DNA of 64,000 nucleotides from Hormiphora californensis (taxonomy: Eukaryota; Animalia; Ctenophora): the NCBI GenBank assembly GCA_020137815.1, contig CM035350.1, positions 558,001 to 622,000 of the forward strand. Direction: 5' to 3'. The position numbers and the translations under genes were made by a program. The notes under the pieces are model-generated. The model was not told the DNA's origin. It made no database searches and was given only the letters and a program-made list of their open reading frames with translations. Positions within the stretch are counted from its first letter, which is position 1. Each line of letters begins with the position of its first letter. Shown in pieces: positions 12,113-24,404 of the stretch.

Positions 12113-13139
12113 CTACAATAAAATCTACGTCTACTCATTTGTCCAGCCGGAAGGAGAAAACAAAACTTCCTCACTGATATGCGGCTAATAAACAATCAAC
12201 CGATCCTTATTCTCTGAAAAAAAAGATAGCTATCTTTTTCTCAATTTTCTGAAGCCGCAGCGGGTCTACATGATTTTTCCCGCACCACCACGACCTTCAG
12301 GGAGGTCTTCCCGACCAGTTACAACCGGAATTGGAGGTGTTCACTCAAACAAATGTTTAACTACCCTCGGGCACGCCGTGAATGGCAGCCCATCAACCGG
12401 AAATCTCTAAACTAAATATAACTGATAATGGGAGCCATCACTCTGGGCGCGCCATGATTTGCGACATTCTGCTGGTAAAAAAGGCTTTTACGTAGAGCGC
12501 GATGACAAACACACGGACATGGTCACACGTTCTGTCCATCATTCCTTCCATCCAATTAGAGTTTTACTTGTTGAGTACTCAACAAAGTTTTACCGTTGAT
12601 GGGACACCATTACTGCGCATCCATTCAGTTAGAGTTTCCCCTAACAGTTTGGGACACTTAAACAATGGTACCCACCTTCAAACAGCAAAGACGCTTAATA
12701 TAAACTGAGACCCCTCGCATTAATCACGTGAAGCCTTGAGTGAACTGATACTGGTCAAATGCATTCAGCATTTAATCCCTCGATAGGTAACCAATGATAT
12801 CCGGCAATTCACCTACTTCCACAGTTGTCATGACAGTGGTAACCACAGACCTAACCAATTGGACGGTAAGTCCCATGCATCACATGTCTGCGGGGAGAGA
12901 TTTCTCCGTGCCAACCCGATACAGACTCGCATGCTCCTCTTGCGGTACCACAAAGAGACTGCTGGGAAACCAGTAGAATCTAAGTGGAATCATACCGACA
13001 GTGATCCTACGTGTGGGGGTCATCTGGCGAAAAGTGAGGTCAGAATTGGGCCGGCTGAGGGGTCATCAAAAACCTCAGCATGGGGATTGGGGTGGAACGA
13101 CGGGAGGAGCCGAACACACACACACACACACCCACACAC

Positions 13140-13335
13140 TCTCTTCAGAGACGCCGTGAACGCTACTCCATCATCCTTATTTGGAAAACCCTGCACGGTC
13201 TAGTCCCCAACAACCTGGGCATCTCTTTTAGGCACCCTAGCAGACTCGGGATCTTGTTCCTGCCCTTGTTCCTGCCATTCCGGATACCAGAGGCCGGCGA
13301 GCGAAATCTCTCTTTGAAAATAGCTTTGCAGTGAT
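13140..13335 (+). mobile_element. Short CR1/L2-group LINE fragment
   Basis: SLQRRRERYSIILIWKTLHGLVPNNLGISF motif shared with other LINE copies in this window. Confidence 0.7.
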
Positions 13336-13453
13336 ACACTAATGTGATGATTTACTGCGGGCTTGGCATCTTATTTGATCATAAACAGCGTCTAAAGCCT
13401 GAATTACACATGTGAGGTGATGAACAACCCATAGGGTCATATGACCTGAAACC

Positions 13454-14159
13454 GGTGGGCGGACTCTAGTGCTAACAAGTTTACAAGTTTACAATTAAAG
13501 TTTTATTTATAAAGAAACAGGCCTTCCCTGAATGGGTCCACCTAAATAAAATCAAGTTGAAAAACTATCCCTTCACACTCACACTCATCAGCACAGCACA
13601 CTAACGGACTCTTTATCTAAATCCAAGGCGGACTCTATATCTAAAAACGGACTCTTTATCTACAGTTAGATTTTGAAAAAAATTAGATAAAGAGTCCTCC
13701 TTGTGTAGACTTTTTAAATAAAGAGTCCGCCCTGTGTAGAATTTTTAGATATAGAGTCCTCTAGTACATTTTGGCGCCAAATCGTCCAACCCGGACTCTA
13801 TGTCTAAAATCCTAACCCAACCCAAAACCTAACACTAACCCTAACCCTAACCTCGAACCCAAATAACGGCCCTAACTAACACTTCTAAATTAGTATAGGG
13901 GTAGAGCAAACTCTCGTTTCTGGCCTAACGGCCGAAATCTCGAGATCGCGGCGAAAGGCGGACTCTATATCGAATTTAGATTTATGTAGATATAGAGTCC
14001 ACTTTGTTTAGACTTTTTAGATAAAGAGTCCGCCCTGTGTAGACTTTTTAGATAAAGAGTCCTCCTAGAGGTTAGAATTATTTGGACTCTTTATCTAAAT
14101 CTAAATTTAGATATAGAGTCCTCTTTAGACTTAGAGTGTATCACTGGAGTCCGCACACC
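13454..14159. mobile_element. MITE with GG termini, 9-bp TSD, ggactctwtatcta repeats and internal CCCTAA runs (Merlin- or MULE-like)
   Basis: TIR ggtgggcggactctagtg / cactggagtccgcacacc; TSD cctgaaacc at 13445-13453 and 14160-14168; inverted relative at 31480-32054. Confidence 0.75.
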
Positions 14160-14476
14160 CCTGAAACCTACCCCTAATTAGAGAATTCAGTCAATTAAGT
14201 TCATGTAACGGTTCCTGTCAACTCGTTTCATCTCTAGGGCACTGACTAACCAGATTTTGAGGCTTGGAAGGCATATGGAGGACCCCTAGGCCGCTTGAAA
14301 TTCTTAACTTCCCAAACGACCCAGAAGGTCATATATGACCCATGCTGTATCTGAAAAAGTAATGAACCGATTTAAAAAAACTATTTTTCCCCTAATCTTA
14401 TAGTATCATGCTGGGTAGGTATATCTGGGAAAAATTAGAAAAATTCGTTCAGCCAATCACTATGGGCCTCAAAGGG

Positions 14477-15900
14477 TTAAACACCAAAGACCACAAAAAC
14501 CCATCCTACCTGGGAAAGATTCCAGTAACCCACCTTTTATGGGCGGATGACCTGATCCTACTCTCTTTAAACATTCAGGACGCCCAAGAACAAGTCAATA
14601 AACTCCACAATTACTGCCAAAAGTGGGGGCTGGAAGTCAATATCCACAAAACTAAACTCATGATCTTCAACAACCGTCACAATCTGCAATTCTCCTTGAA
14701 ACTAGGCCGGGAAGTGGAAAACTACTGCTACCTTGGACTGAATATTGCATCCACTGGAGACTTCAGTAAAGCCGCCTCAAGTGACCTCACTACAAAGGCA
14801 ACCCGAGCCATGTACGGCCTGCGTGGCACCATTATGAAGGAGCAGCTTTCTTTCAAATCAACACTTAGCCTATTCAACTCCCTCATCAAACCGATTGCTC
14901 TTTACGGAGCGCCAATCTGGTCACCCCAACTGTAATTGGCTCCAATGACCCAACCCTAATCAGGAAACTCTCAAGCAGCAAACTTAACAGATTACATCTT
15001 TCATACCTCAAGTGGACAATGGGAGTCAACAAGGAAGACTACAAACGCCGCAGTATATGGAGACACGGCACACACCACCACCTCATCTCTAGAGGCTTGG
15101 ATATCACCATAAATACCTCCAACAGATAGCCGCTACCATCCAGTGGAACTAGCCTCGTACATCAAGCCTACATTGAACAAAGGACACGAGACCTGCCGTG
15201 TACAACTCCCTACGACCTCTCCTAGAAAGAGACCCAATTTACAGCCAGGATCATGTATCGGACATAAACACTCACTTCAAAAACTAAACTCACGACCAAC
15301 ACCACTTATTTACCTCCCACTCTCGACGTCAAACCTCTCATTTCCCAGAAGTTTCGAATAGATATAATCCTTTCATGCTTGAGGGACACCTTCAACGGGA
15401 GCTGGTTAGCAGCGACAGCCCAACTCCTCAAAATTCTCGTTTTACAACACCTGCGAAAAATTGGACCAACCTACCTTGAGATCGTACCTGGGACTGAACA
15501 ACTTCAACTACCGATCTTCTATCGCTAAACTGAAAAGTAGCTCCCACCCTCTCAAATAGAAACCGGCCGGTTCACCAACATCCCCAGAGACAACCGCTAC
15601 TGCCCCTGGTGCGAGAGCTTGAACATCTATGAAGTAGAGACTGAGGAATATGCTCTGGACCACTGCACCCTACGAAGACAGCCGAGACAACTTGAGGAAA
15701 GACCCGGAAATTTTCCTTTTATCACATCACTCACTCACGAACATCTTCCTCAATCTTCATAACTACACCCCGCGGATCGCAGGCCTGTTGGCGGTTTTTA
15801 CTCACGCCATCATTTCAACTCGCGAAAATTTACTAAAGAACATTAACCGGCTTAGCTGCCTCACCCATTAGGACAAACTCCACACCCTCCTTGTAATCTG
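14477..15900 (+). mobile_element. 5'-truncated non-LTR retrotransposon (RT C-terminus to C-terminal Zn finger), frameshifted
   Basis: HLLWADDLILLS, YCYLGL, LFNSLIKPIALYGAPIW, IETGRF...RYCPWCE; similar to 62680-64000. Confidence 0.85.
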
Positions 15901-16249
15901 ACTAATTATTTATTACTGTGTTATATTCCCAGAATCTGGAGTACCAACCAGACACCCTCTGTCCTTGGATGTCGACAGGTTGATGCTCCAACATTCTTAC
16001 GCACCGGGAAACCCGTGCAGAATTATTTTAAAACCGTGTCAAACCGTGTCACACATTCCACGTCGAATTTCTCGTCGAGATATGGCATTGCCGGATGACT
16101 CCACTGTGAAATTTAAGTTGTTGCTGTCTTCTAGAGGCCTTAGGATTTTTTTACGGATCGCTATAAAATATTAACAGGTTGACAACACCAAAGCATTCTT
16201 CATATAATCTCAAATCAAAATGTAATTAAATTATATTCAAAATGGTAGT

Positions 16250-16627
16250 TTACAACTCATCCTTAGATTTTAACTCATCGTTCACGCCAACAACATTTTT
16301 AAAGGTTTCTTTTTTAGGAGCATGGCAGTTTTTAAACGATAACTTTGCAGTTTGGCCCATAAACTGTTTGATAAGGGGAGGATTCATGTCCATGTAGCCA
16401 GGAAACCACTCGACTGTTTCGTTACGGTTTCCTCCAGGCACCATATATAGCCTTGGTCCACTTTGGAAAGTCCAGGGGTCCCGCGGTAGGGTATTCTTAT
16501 CCATATTAATCTTGGTTACGATACATGGCTCTTCCATGGCTTCTATTTGGTCAGCTATATCCTCAAGCCACTTTTCAATCTTATCGCATTCTGGGCAGTT
16601 GTCCAACGTCATAAAGACAACAACATC
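16250..16627 (-). CDS. PDI-family protein, terminal exon (a' thioredoxin domain with CPEC motif; KDEL)
   Basis: Acceptor ttatttcag|gat; DVVVFMTLDNCPECDKI...TKINMDKN...GPRLY...SKDEL*; 378 bp, phase 0. Confidence 0.85.
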   Translation of the reverse strand, partial: DVVVFMTLDNCPECDKIEKWLEDIADQIEAMEEPCIVTKINMDKNTLPRDPWTFQSGPRLYMVPGGNRNETVEWFPGYMDMNPPLIKQFMGQTAKLSFKNCHAPKKETFKNVVGVNDELKSKDEL

Positions 16628-17094
16628 CTGAAATAAGTTTATTTCAGATACTATTATATCTGAGATAGATTTCTCCCAGTGCGCCGCTGGGAGAAGCTAT
16701 CTGGAGTTTATCCGCCAGTGGCAGATAAACTGGTTTAAACTGTCAGGCCAATGCTCTGACCACAGTTCTCGCGCGTTCCGCGAGAATGGGTCAGGCCAAT
16801 GCTCTGACAGGGTTTATATTAAATCACGACGACGATCCCGTCCAGGTCTTAAATCAATTTTCCAAAAATGTGTAGGGGCAAAAATGTGCAGGGGCAACCC
16901 TAAAATGAGCAGGGGCATCCAAAAAAGGTCATTTTTGCATGCCTTAACAGTTAGAATATCAAAGAAATTTTGTTTGATTTTGGTGTAATTTTCAGCGTGA
17001 TATTTTAGCTACTATCTTTCATACAGACCACAGACTTTATGACCGGTTGCAACACCGTTCTGTCGTGCGGCAGAGTTTGGTACGCTATAACCTA

Positions 17095-17161
17095 GAGACA
17101 CACACTCACACCCACACACACACACACAACACACACACACACACAGCTACACACTCACACA

Positions 17162-17220
<59 letters not shown>

Positions 17221-17322
17221 ACACCACACACACACACACACCACACCACACACACCTACACACCAAAAAACCCACACAACATCATCACACACACACCACA
17301 CACACACCCACACACACACACA

Positions 17323-17353
<31 letters not shown>

Positions 17354-17569
17354 TCACACACCTCTGCACCCAACACACCCCACCACACCACCCACACAAC
17401 CCCAACTTCCACGCCCACACACCACACTCACCAACACTCACCACTCGAACCCCCCCACACCCGAACACACACCCCACACTACCCCACACAGCCACCACAC
17501 ACACACACACACACACACACACACCACCTAGCACACACACACACACACACACACCACACTCCACACAGC

Positions 17570-17614
<45 letters not shown>

Positions 17615-17796
17615 CACCACACACAACCCACACCACACATCACACACACTACACACACCCACAAAACACACACACACACACCACAACCCCCACACCCAAA
17701 AAAACACCCACACACACACACACTACACCCACATCATATATCACACACACACACATCACACCCCACACACACACACACACACACACAACCTCACAC

Positions 17797-17837
<41 letters not shown>

Positions 17838-17839
17838 AC

Positions 17840-17870
<31 letters not shown>

Positions 17871-17950
17871 ACACTGCTACACACACGACACACACACACA
17901 TCCACACACACAACACACACCCACCCTCACTCCACACTACTCACCTCTAA
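17095..17950. repeat. Long degenerate (CA)n microsatellite
   Basis: Direct inspection; source of spurious His/Thr and Cys/Val ORFs. Confidence 0.95.
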
Positions 17951-18481
17951 ACACACTCATCTACCCAGCCTACACACATAAACACAATAAGCAATCATCT
18001 ACACAAACACCTCAACTCCGTCTAACCGGCAGTCTAGAGCTCAGATCAGACTACCGTTTTTTGCAGACCATTCTGGCTTAACCATGCCAGATACGACTAT
18101 GCTATTAAAGCCATGTAGTACATATTTTCATTCAATAGGCACACATCTACGCAGGATGAGTAACTTCGCTCCCGCAATAAAAGGCTGCAGAAAAATAGGA
18201 AAGCTGCAGAACAGCTGCAGAAAAGGCTGCAGTAAAAGGCTGCAGAAAAGGCTGCAGTAAAGGCTGCAGTAAAAGGCTGCAGTAAAAGGCTGCAGTAAAG
18301 GCTGCAGTAAAGGCCTGCAGTAAAAGAGGCTTACCGTAAAAGGCTGCAATAATGATGTAATAATTACGGTTTGCTGAAGACACTAAAAATAGACTCAGAC
18401 AGTGATTATAGGGGTTGTTACGAATGTGCACCTGAATGATGTAGTATATAAACCAATTGAAACAAACTCAAATTATCCACA

Positions 18482-19772
18482 ATGCCACTTTCACTCTCTG
18501 GACCCTTGTTCCAACTTGTTGCCGCTATACCAACGGAGGATGCCGCTCGCCAGTACCTGTTAACAAAGGGAGTTCTACGCCAGTCTTTTCCCTGTGACTG
18601 TTCAGGAACCATGCTGCCGAATCCATGCCAGGTATCCAGATCAGAAGACCTATTCGTGTTCAAGTGCAATCAACCCCGGTGCAAGAAAACGAAGTCAATC
18701 AGAAGTGGTAGTATCCTAGCTGGCACCAACATGTCCTTCCAAGGATTTCTCTTCCTTCTCAACATGTTCAGGTATGTGCTAGATTCAAATCCAGTCATTC
18801 AGATTTCATTAATTTTCCGAGTCACCCCCTCCCCCCTCGGCCCTCCCCCTCCCCCTCCGCCCAATCTAACACAAATTCCTCCCAGCAACAGGAATTTGAC
18901 CGATGTCGAGATAGCAGGAAACCTTGGACTGAACCGGAAAACTGTCGGCGATTGGAAGTCACGAGTAATGGAGTGTGTCGTTGTCTGGCTGCTTGCTAAC
19001 AGAACCCTCTACCGATCGGTGGTCCTGGCTTTATCATTGAAGTAAGTGTCATGTTAGTTCGTCTGTTGTACCCTGTCTCCATCGCCATATTACCAGTTCT
19101 GTTTCAATTTGTTGTAATACTGTTTAGTTAGCATACTGTATAGTGTACAGTACACTGTACTAAAACTCACCTCCCCATTCAGATTGATGAGAGTTTATTC
19201 GGAAAGATGAAGTACCACCGCGGATTTTCTCGAAAAGGAGCATGGATCCTGGCTGGAGTGTGCCGGACTACTGGTCAATGTTTCTTCGTGCAGTGTCCCG
19301 AAAATCGTCGTTCAGGTTGGTTTACACTTCCAATCACACTAAACACTATTAATCCCAAATGTGCTAACACTTCACAAAGTTCTTCGATTCCATGGACCAT
19401 GTTACTAACACACCCTTTCTATTTTCAGCACAAATTCTCCTACCCCTGATCAAGAAATACGTGAAGCCTGGATCTACAATCTACACGGACCAGTGGGCTG
19501 CCTACAACCAGCTGTCTGATGAGGAGGAAGGTTGCAGCATGTACACGCACGGAACAGTTAACCACACCCTGTATTTCAAGGACCCCGTAACTGGTATACA
19601 TACCAATACCTGCGAGGGTATGTGGCATCACATGAAGCGAAAATTGGACAGTCACAAAGATCTTGAGAGAGGGTTTTTTGATTTTGTTTTTCGACGTCGG
19701 TTTAATGCGTGTAGTGGACCAGAACAAGTTCAGAATGCGTTTGATGCTTATCTCCAAGTTTTGAGGGCATGA
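18482..19772 (+). CDS. Merlin/ISXO2-like DDE transposase, 4 exons (18482-18771, 18886-19041, 19183-19315, 19429-19772; one frameshift near 19003)
   Basis: N-terminal Cys cluster and KSIRSGS; IGGPGFIIE|IDESLFGKMKYHRG; PGSTIYTDQWAAY; HGTVNH..FKDPVTGIHTNTCEGMW; GT-AG introns with compatible phases. Confidence 0.9.
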
Positions 19773-19888
19773 TTTTCCGTGATTATATTGTGTATCAGTA
19801 TGTGTATCAGTATATGTGTATCAGTATATGTTTTATTTCATCTTCTGAAATCGAATTGTTGAACTTTGTTTTATGAGAAAAATTGCGG

Positions 19889-19890
<2 letters not shown>

Positions 19891-19934
<44 letters not shown>

Positions 19935-20001
19935 CTTCTCTCTCTCTCTCTCCCCTCTCTCTCTCTCGTCTCTCCTCTCTCCGTCTCTCTCTCTCTCGTC
20001 G

Positions 20002-20046
<45 letters not shown>

Positions 20047-20105
20047 CTCTCTCGTCTCTCTCGTCAGTAGTTTTCTTCTCTCTCTCTCTCTCTTCTCTCT
20101 CTCTC
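19891..20105. repeat. (CT)n microsatellite inside the Merlin element, followed by ~60-bp tandem repeats to ~20580
   Basis: Direct inspection. Confidence 0.9.
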
Positions 20106-20716
20106 CCGGACTCTCTACCGCTTTAGTCGAGTTGATATGTGATACGTGAACGATCACTACATTAGGGGAGGTGATTCGGTCTCCACCGCTTAGTCGAGTT
20201 GGATACTGATACGTGATACGAATCACTATCATTAGGGGAGGGTGATTCGGCGTCTCTTCTAGTCTTCCTCTTTAGTTTAGTTGGAATACGTGATACGAAC
20301 ACTATTAGGAGGATACAGTGGGATTTTCATTACATGTTATTTGCGTCTCATGTAGCTTGTCACTTCTCGGTTACGGAAGCTGGTAGGACCGATTAACGGA
20401 TTATATCACACAGTAACTCTCATGTAGCTTGTCACGTCTCGGGTTCCGGGTAAGCTGGGTAGGACCGATTAACGGATATATCACACCGTTACTACTACTA
20501 CCTCGTAACTGTATCCATGTAACTTGTCCACGTCTCGGTCACGGTTACGGGCAAGCTGGGTAGGACCGATTAACGCGGGTTTTCACAGTCGAACTTGAGT
20601 ATATAAGCCGAAGTTGAAGTCCACAAGGTATCCCATCCCGATTATGCCTTTGTTACGCAGCCACCATCCCGTTCCTGAACATCCATCCCTGCTCAACCTC
20701 CAATGAATAATCAACA

Positions 20717-21599
20717 ATGACATGTTCCGTCACGGAATACCCAAGTCTAGAGTTCTACTGGACATCTGCAACCTCTGTGAGAAGGAAGGCACCAGATCCA
20801 GGCCTGTCCTCGGAACGATGCAACACCCTTGACTATCTTGAGAAGATTCGACATCTGTGCCTGCAGAGAGGTGTCGAAAACTGTAACATATCTAACACCG
20901 GCAACATACAGAGGATCCTAACCGAGAAGTTTCCTATGGCGACCATCACCTTCCTAACCAGACGCCGCAGCAGCAGTCCTCTGACTCGGAGCAGCAACAA
21001 GCCTACCATCCTAGCACCTGGACGACCAACCCTTGCCGGACCAAACCCTGCTGGATCCAACTCCTCCCCTGCTACTCTCTCCTCTACCACACCTCCCCTG
21101 CAACTCCCTCGCCTCACCACACCTCCCCTACCTCCCCCCCACCACCATACCCCGAAGAGACCCCATTGTAGAAGAGGACTACATTCGCCACCTCCTCCAC
21201 TGCACACCTACCCCTAACCTTGAACCTCGACCAACATCCTGGCCCATCTGACCACATCCTGGCCCATCTGGACCTATCAGGAGGCGAGAGGAGGCAGAAA
21301 GAGGACTACCAAATCGCGGCGGAGGAGATAACGAAAAGTACCAACTGATAATGACCCAGATGAGGACGGGCAATCTCTCAGGACGCTCTTCCTTCCTCTG
21401 GCATGGTGTACAACAGTGGACAGTGGAGAAATTCAGAGTTACAGCGGAGGTCCTGATCGTGGCGCCACATACAATGGAGGAGCTGTTTTTATCTGGAACA
21501 TGGACTGAAATCTCTAAACATGCGGCCACAGTAGCCAAGCGTGCTGATATTAAGAGCGCTCTAGCAGAAGCTCGATCTTGCAGTATTATTATCCCGTAA
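20717..21599 (+). pseudogene. Second Merlin-internal ORF (N-terminal CCHC zinc knuckle, Pro-rich linker, unknown C-terminal domain), frameshifted in this copy
   Basis: Cleaner paralogous copy at 9222 reads MTVRHGIPKSRVLLDICNLCGEGRHQIQACPRK; C-terminal frame ends at 21599; AATAAA at 21652. Confidence 0.55.
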
Positions 21600-22019
21600 T
21601 TGTATTTACATTCTCTCAAATTTAAGTGTTTTCAACTTTGTCCAAATGTCAAATAAACCAATGAAATTATTCTAAAAATCACTCCTCGCAAGACTCTTAG
21701 TCTCCTAGATTAGGTATACTACTGTACTACAATCCACTCAGACCGCACTTTCATTAATAACAACCATTGCATATAATCACTGTCTGAGTCTATTTTTAGT
21801 GTCTTCAGCAAACCGTAATTATTACATCATTATTACATCATTATTGCAGCCTTTTACTGCGCCTTTTACGCCGCCTTTTACTGCAGCCTTTACTGGCTAG
21901 CTGCAGCCTTTTACTGCAGCCTTTTACTGCAGCCTTTTACTGCAGCCTTTTACTGCAGCCTTTTATTGGGAGCGAAGTTCTACTCACCTGCCAACATGGG
22001 TAATCCAGAATGGTCTTTA

Positions 22020-22560
22020 AAAACGGTCGAGTCTAGACATCGTTATTTGAGACGTTGTTTAGACGGTGTTCGTATCGAAATTGCTGGAGAAGTTGTCTAG
22101 ACGGTATTTGAAACTGAATCGCGAGATTCTGTTTACACGTTGTTTAGACGGTATGTTGACCGGTTTCAGTTGAGACATTGTTTAGACGCGACGGTACTTT
22201 CATCGATTTTCCTTTAGACTGCGTTGAAACGTACTTTTAAACTCCGTCTGAAATACAGACGTAGTTCTAAAAGTCCGTCTCAACGTCTGGTACAATTTTC
22301 AGACGTGCCATCTCAACTTTGGACGGATACCGTCTAGAGACCGTCCAGGCACTGTCTAGAACCGGGACGGTACCGTAGAGACGTCTAGAGACCGTCTGAT
22401 ACCTCGCAAACCCGTCTGATACCGTCATAACCCACCGTCTAGAGACCGTCTGATACCGTCTATACCCCTTTCAAAGCAATTTGGTACCGTTTTTAGCTGA
22501 TTTTATCGAAACCCGTCTAGCCGGTATACCGTCTAGACACCGTCTAGACGGCGGTGCGAC
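22020..22560. repeat. ccgtctaga/tctagacgg-rich foldback repeat flanking the Merlin element
   Basis: Many short motif copies in both orientations; 21995-22060 mirrors 18010-18085. Confidence 0.6.
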
Positions 22561-23564
22561 GTATGCGGTAAATGAGAAATTGCCCTATGAAGGTTTGTAG
22601 CGCGGCGCGTTATCAAGTTGGCTGTCACTGCAGTAATCGAAATTCGGTTCGTTGACACCGGAAGTCGTGCAACTGCTGTTACCAGCTTTTTCTAAACGCC
22701 GCTGGAAGAAAGCTGGTACAGATTTTTGATTTCAAATGAAGTATGAACGTTTGTAGACTGGCGCGTTATCAAGTTGGCTGTCGCCAGCGCGAGCTGGGGA
22801 CAGCCAACTGGAGTTTAAATCCGCCCGGCAGGGCGATTAAACTGGTTTAAAATCCCCGACGCCGATCCCGAGGCGCCAGCCGAGGGTGAGGGGGAGGTGA
22901 TTTAAACGGCCAGCCGAGGTGAGGGGAGTGATAAACCTATAACGCGATAGGCTAACAAACGTTCATATTTTATGAAACCCGATAGTAATTACACACAAAT
23001 AAGAGACACAACACAAGGTGAAACACACTAGGACTGCTGGCAATTAGTCAACAGACACCGTGAAAATGTGTGTAGACTTAGTGTCTACTGTTCCTAACAT
23101 GTTTGAGAAAGAGAGAGAAAGATTAGGGGGCAATACACACTGTCAGAGGTAGTGAACAGTAAAAGAGACAATGAGAGAGAGAAATGAATGGAATGTGATT
23201 CTTTTCACTCCTTATGAGAGAGATAACATTGAAACGTGTTGCAGACATGTTCCCCTTTCTTTTGTTGACAGAACTGTGTGTTTACACACATTTTCAATAC
23301 TTAGAATTTTACACGCATGTTATTCAAATGAAGAGAAACGCGTGAAAGAGGGAACTGGTCTGTCAAACTGCGAGGAGGGTGTTAAATCTCCCAGCTGGCG
23401 GTTATCATGTGCGCGCAAATTCTTCAGACGACTGATAAATCAACTATCGGGTTTCATAGGAATATGAAACCCAATAGCTGATTTAACAGTCGTTTGAACA
23501 TTTTGCGCGATCATGATAACTGCTAGCTGGGGGATTTAACACCCTGCTCGCGTTTTATATGTAG

Positions 23565-23691
<127 letters not shown>

Positions 23692-23853
23692 ACGGGGACA
23701 GTCACTGAAGTGTTCTCTAGATTCGCGATCGATACAATCCCCCCAATTTCTAGTTTACCGCAAACCCAAACTCCGCTTTTTGGTCAAGATACCTAAATCG
23801 GATTTAGGTAATCCTAATTGATTGGTACTTACCCCGTACCCAAACAGACATAC

Positions 23854-24033
23854 CTTCTTAGGATCAGTGACAGTGACATTAAAGGTTTCCCTGACAAGAG
23901 TAGTGATGGAGGATGTCTGATGTTTAGGAACAGGTTCCGACATAGTGAGTGGAGGGATCTCATTTTGAAGATATCGGTCCACTACCGCCGTCACGTAGTC
24001 CTCAAATTTGGAATTTTTCAAATACTGTTCATC
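23854..24033 (-). CDS. PDI-family protein, internal exon (end of b', x-linker, start of a')
   Basis: cag|DEQYLKNSKFEDYVTAVVDRYLQNEIPPLTMSEPVPKHQTSSITTLVRETFNVTVTDPKK|gtatgt; 180 bp, phase 0-0; matches the PDI 'SEP.P...F...V.D..K' linker. Confidence 0.85.
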
Positions 24034-24404
24034 CTGTTGGTGGGATCAATATATTAATATTACAGTACGTACAATGGAGTTAGAACCCACCACATCTGAG
24101 GTAATTCTAGATGCGGTTTATGGATGTCTGGACTCTGAATGGACCCGCTGAATAAAGGATCAGGGTAAAAGTTTGGAAAGACTCCCTCGCATGCATTGAA
24201 ACTCAAATCAAAGGGGATTATCTTCCCATCCTGTTATTATTATAATCCCGTTCCTGTCTCCTGACTGACTCGCGCCGTAATCTGCCGTATCAGACTGTCA
24301 GATTTGAAATGATAAAAATGCGTAAAATTTAATCTTGTCCGTCATATCTGATATCAATATTAATGTTTCCAACAAGATTGTGTTGGTTTAGATTTGGTAA
24401 GTAT

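Larger units (their letters stand above)
10599..12214 (+). mobile_element. 5'-truncated Penelope-like retroelement with inverted 5' pseudo-LTR
   Basis: 10599-~10933 is the reverse complement of ~11838-12174; 12-bp TSD tgaaaaaaaaga at 10587-10598 and 12215-12226; GIY-YIG ORF. Confidence 0.9.
7360..12380. mobile_element. Non-autonomous Chapaev/CMC-like DNA transposon with ~250-bp TIRs
   Basis: CACGG...CCGTG termini; 4-bp TSD aatg at 7356-7359 and 12381-12384; left TIR 7360-7608 matches 10505-10598 plus 12227-12380. Confidence 0.75.
7326..12641. mobile_element. PIF/Harbinger-type MITE split by a ~5-kb nested insertion
   Basis: TIR ggggaaactctaactgaatg at 7326 and its complement ending at 12641; TTA/TAA flanks; intact relative at 34244-34547. 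Confidence 0.7.
18151..21992 (+). mobile_element. Merlin (IS1016/ISXO2-like) DNA transposon with ~270-bp tandem-repeat-containing TIRs and two internal genes
   Basis: Left TIR 18151-18420 is the reverse complement of 21750-21992 (ctgcagtaaaagg repeats plus unique gctgaagacactaaaaatagactcagacagtgattat); TSD not resolved. Confidence 0.85.

Noticed and set aside
12794-13060. Possible coding fragment (FHSCHDSGNHRP...WNH)
   Set aside because: No convincing family motif or exon chain
17047-18081. 344-aa His/Thr-rich ORF and overlapping Cys/Val ORFs
   Set aside because: Translations of a degenerate (CA)n tract
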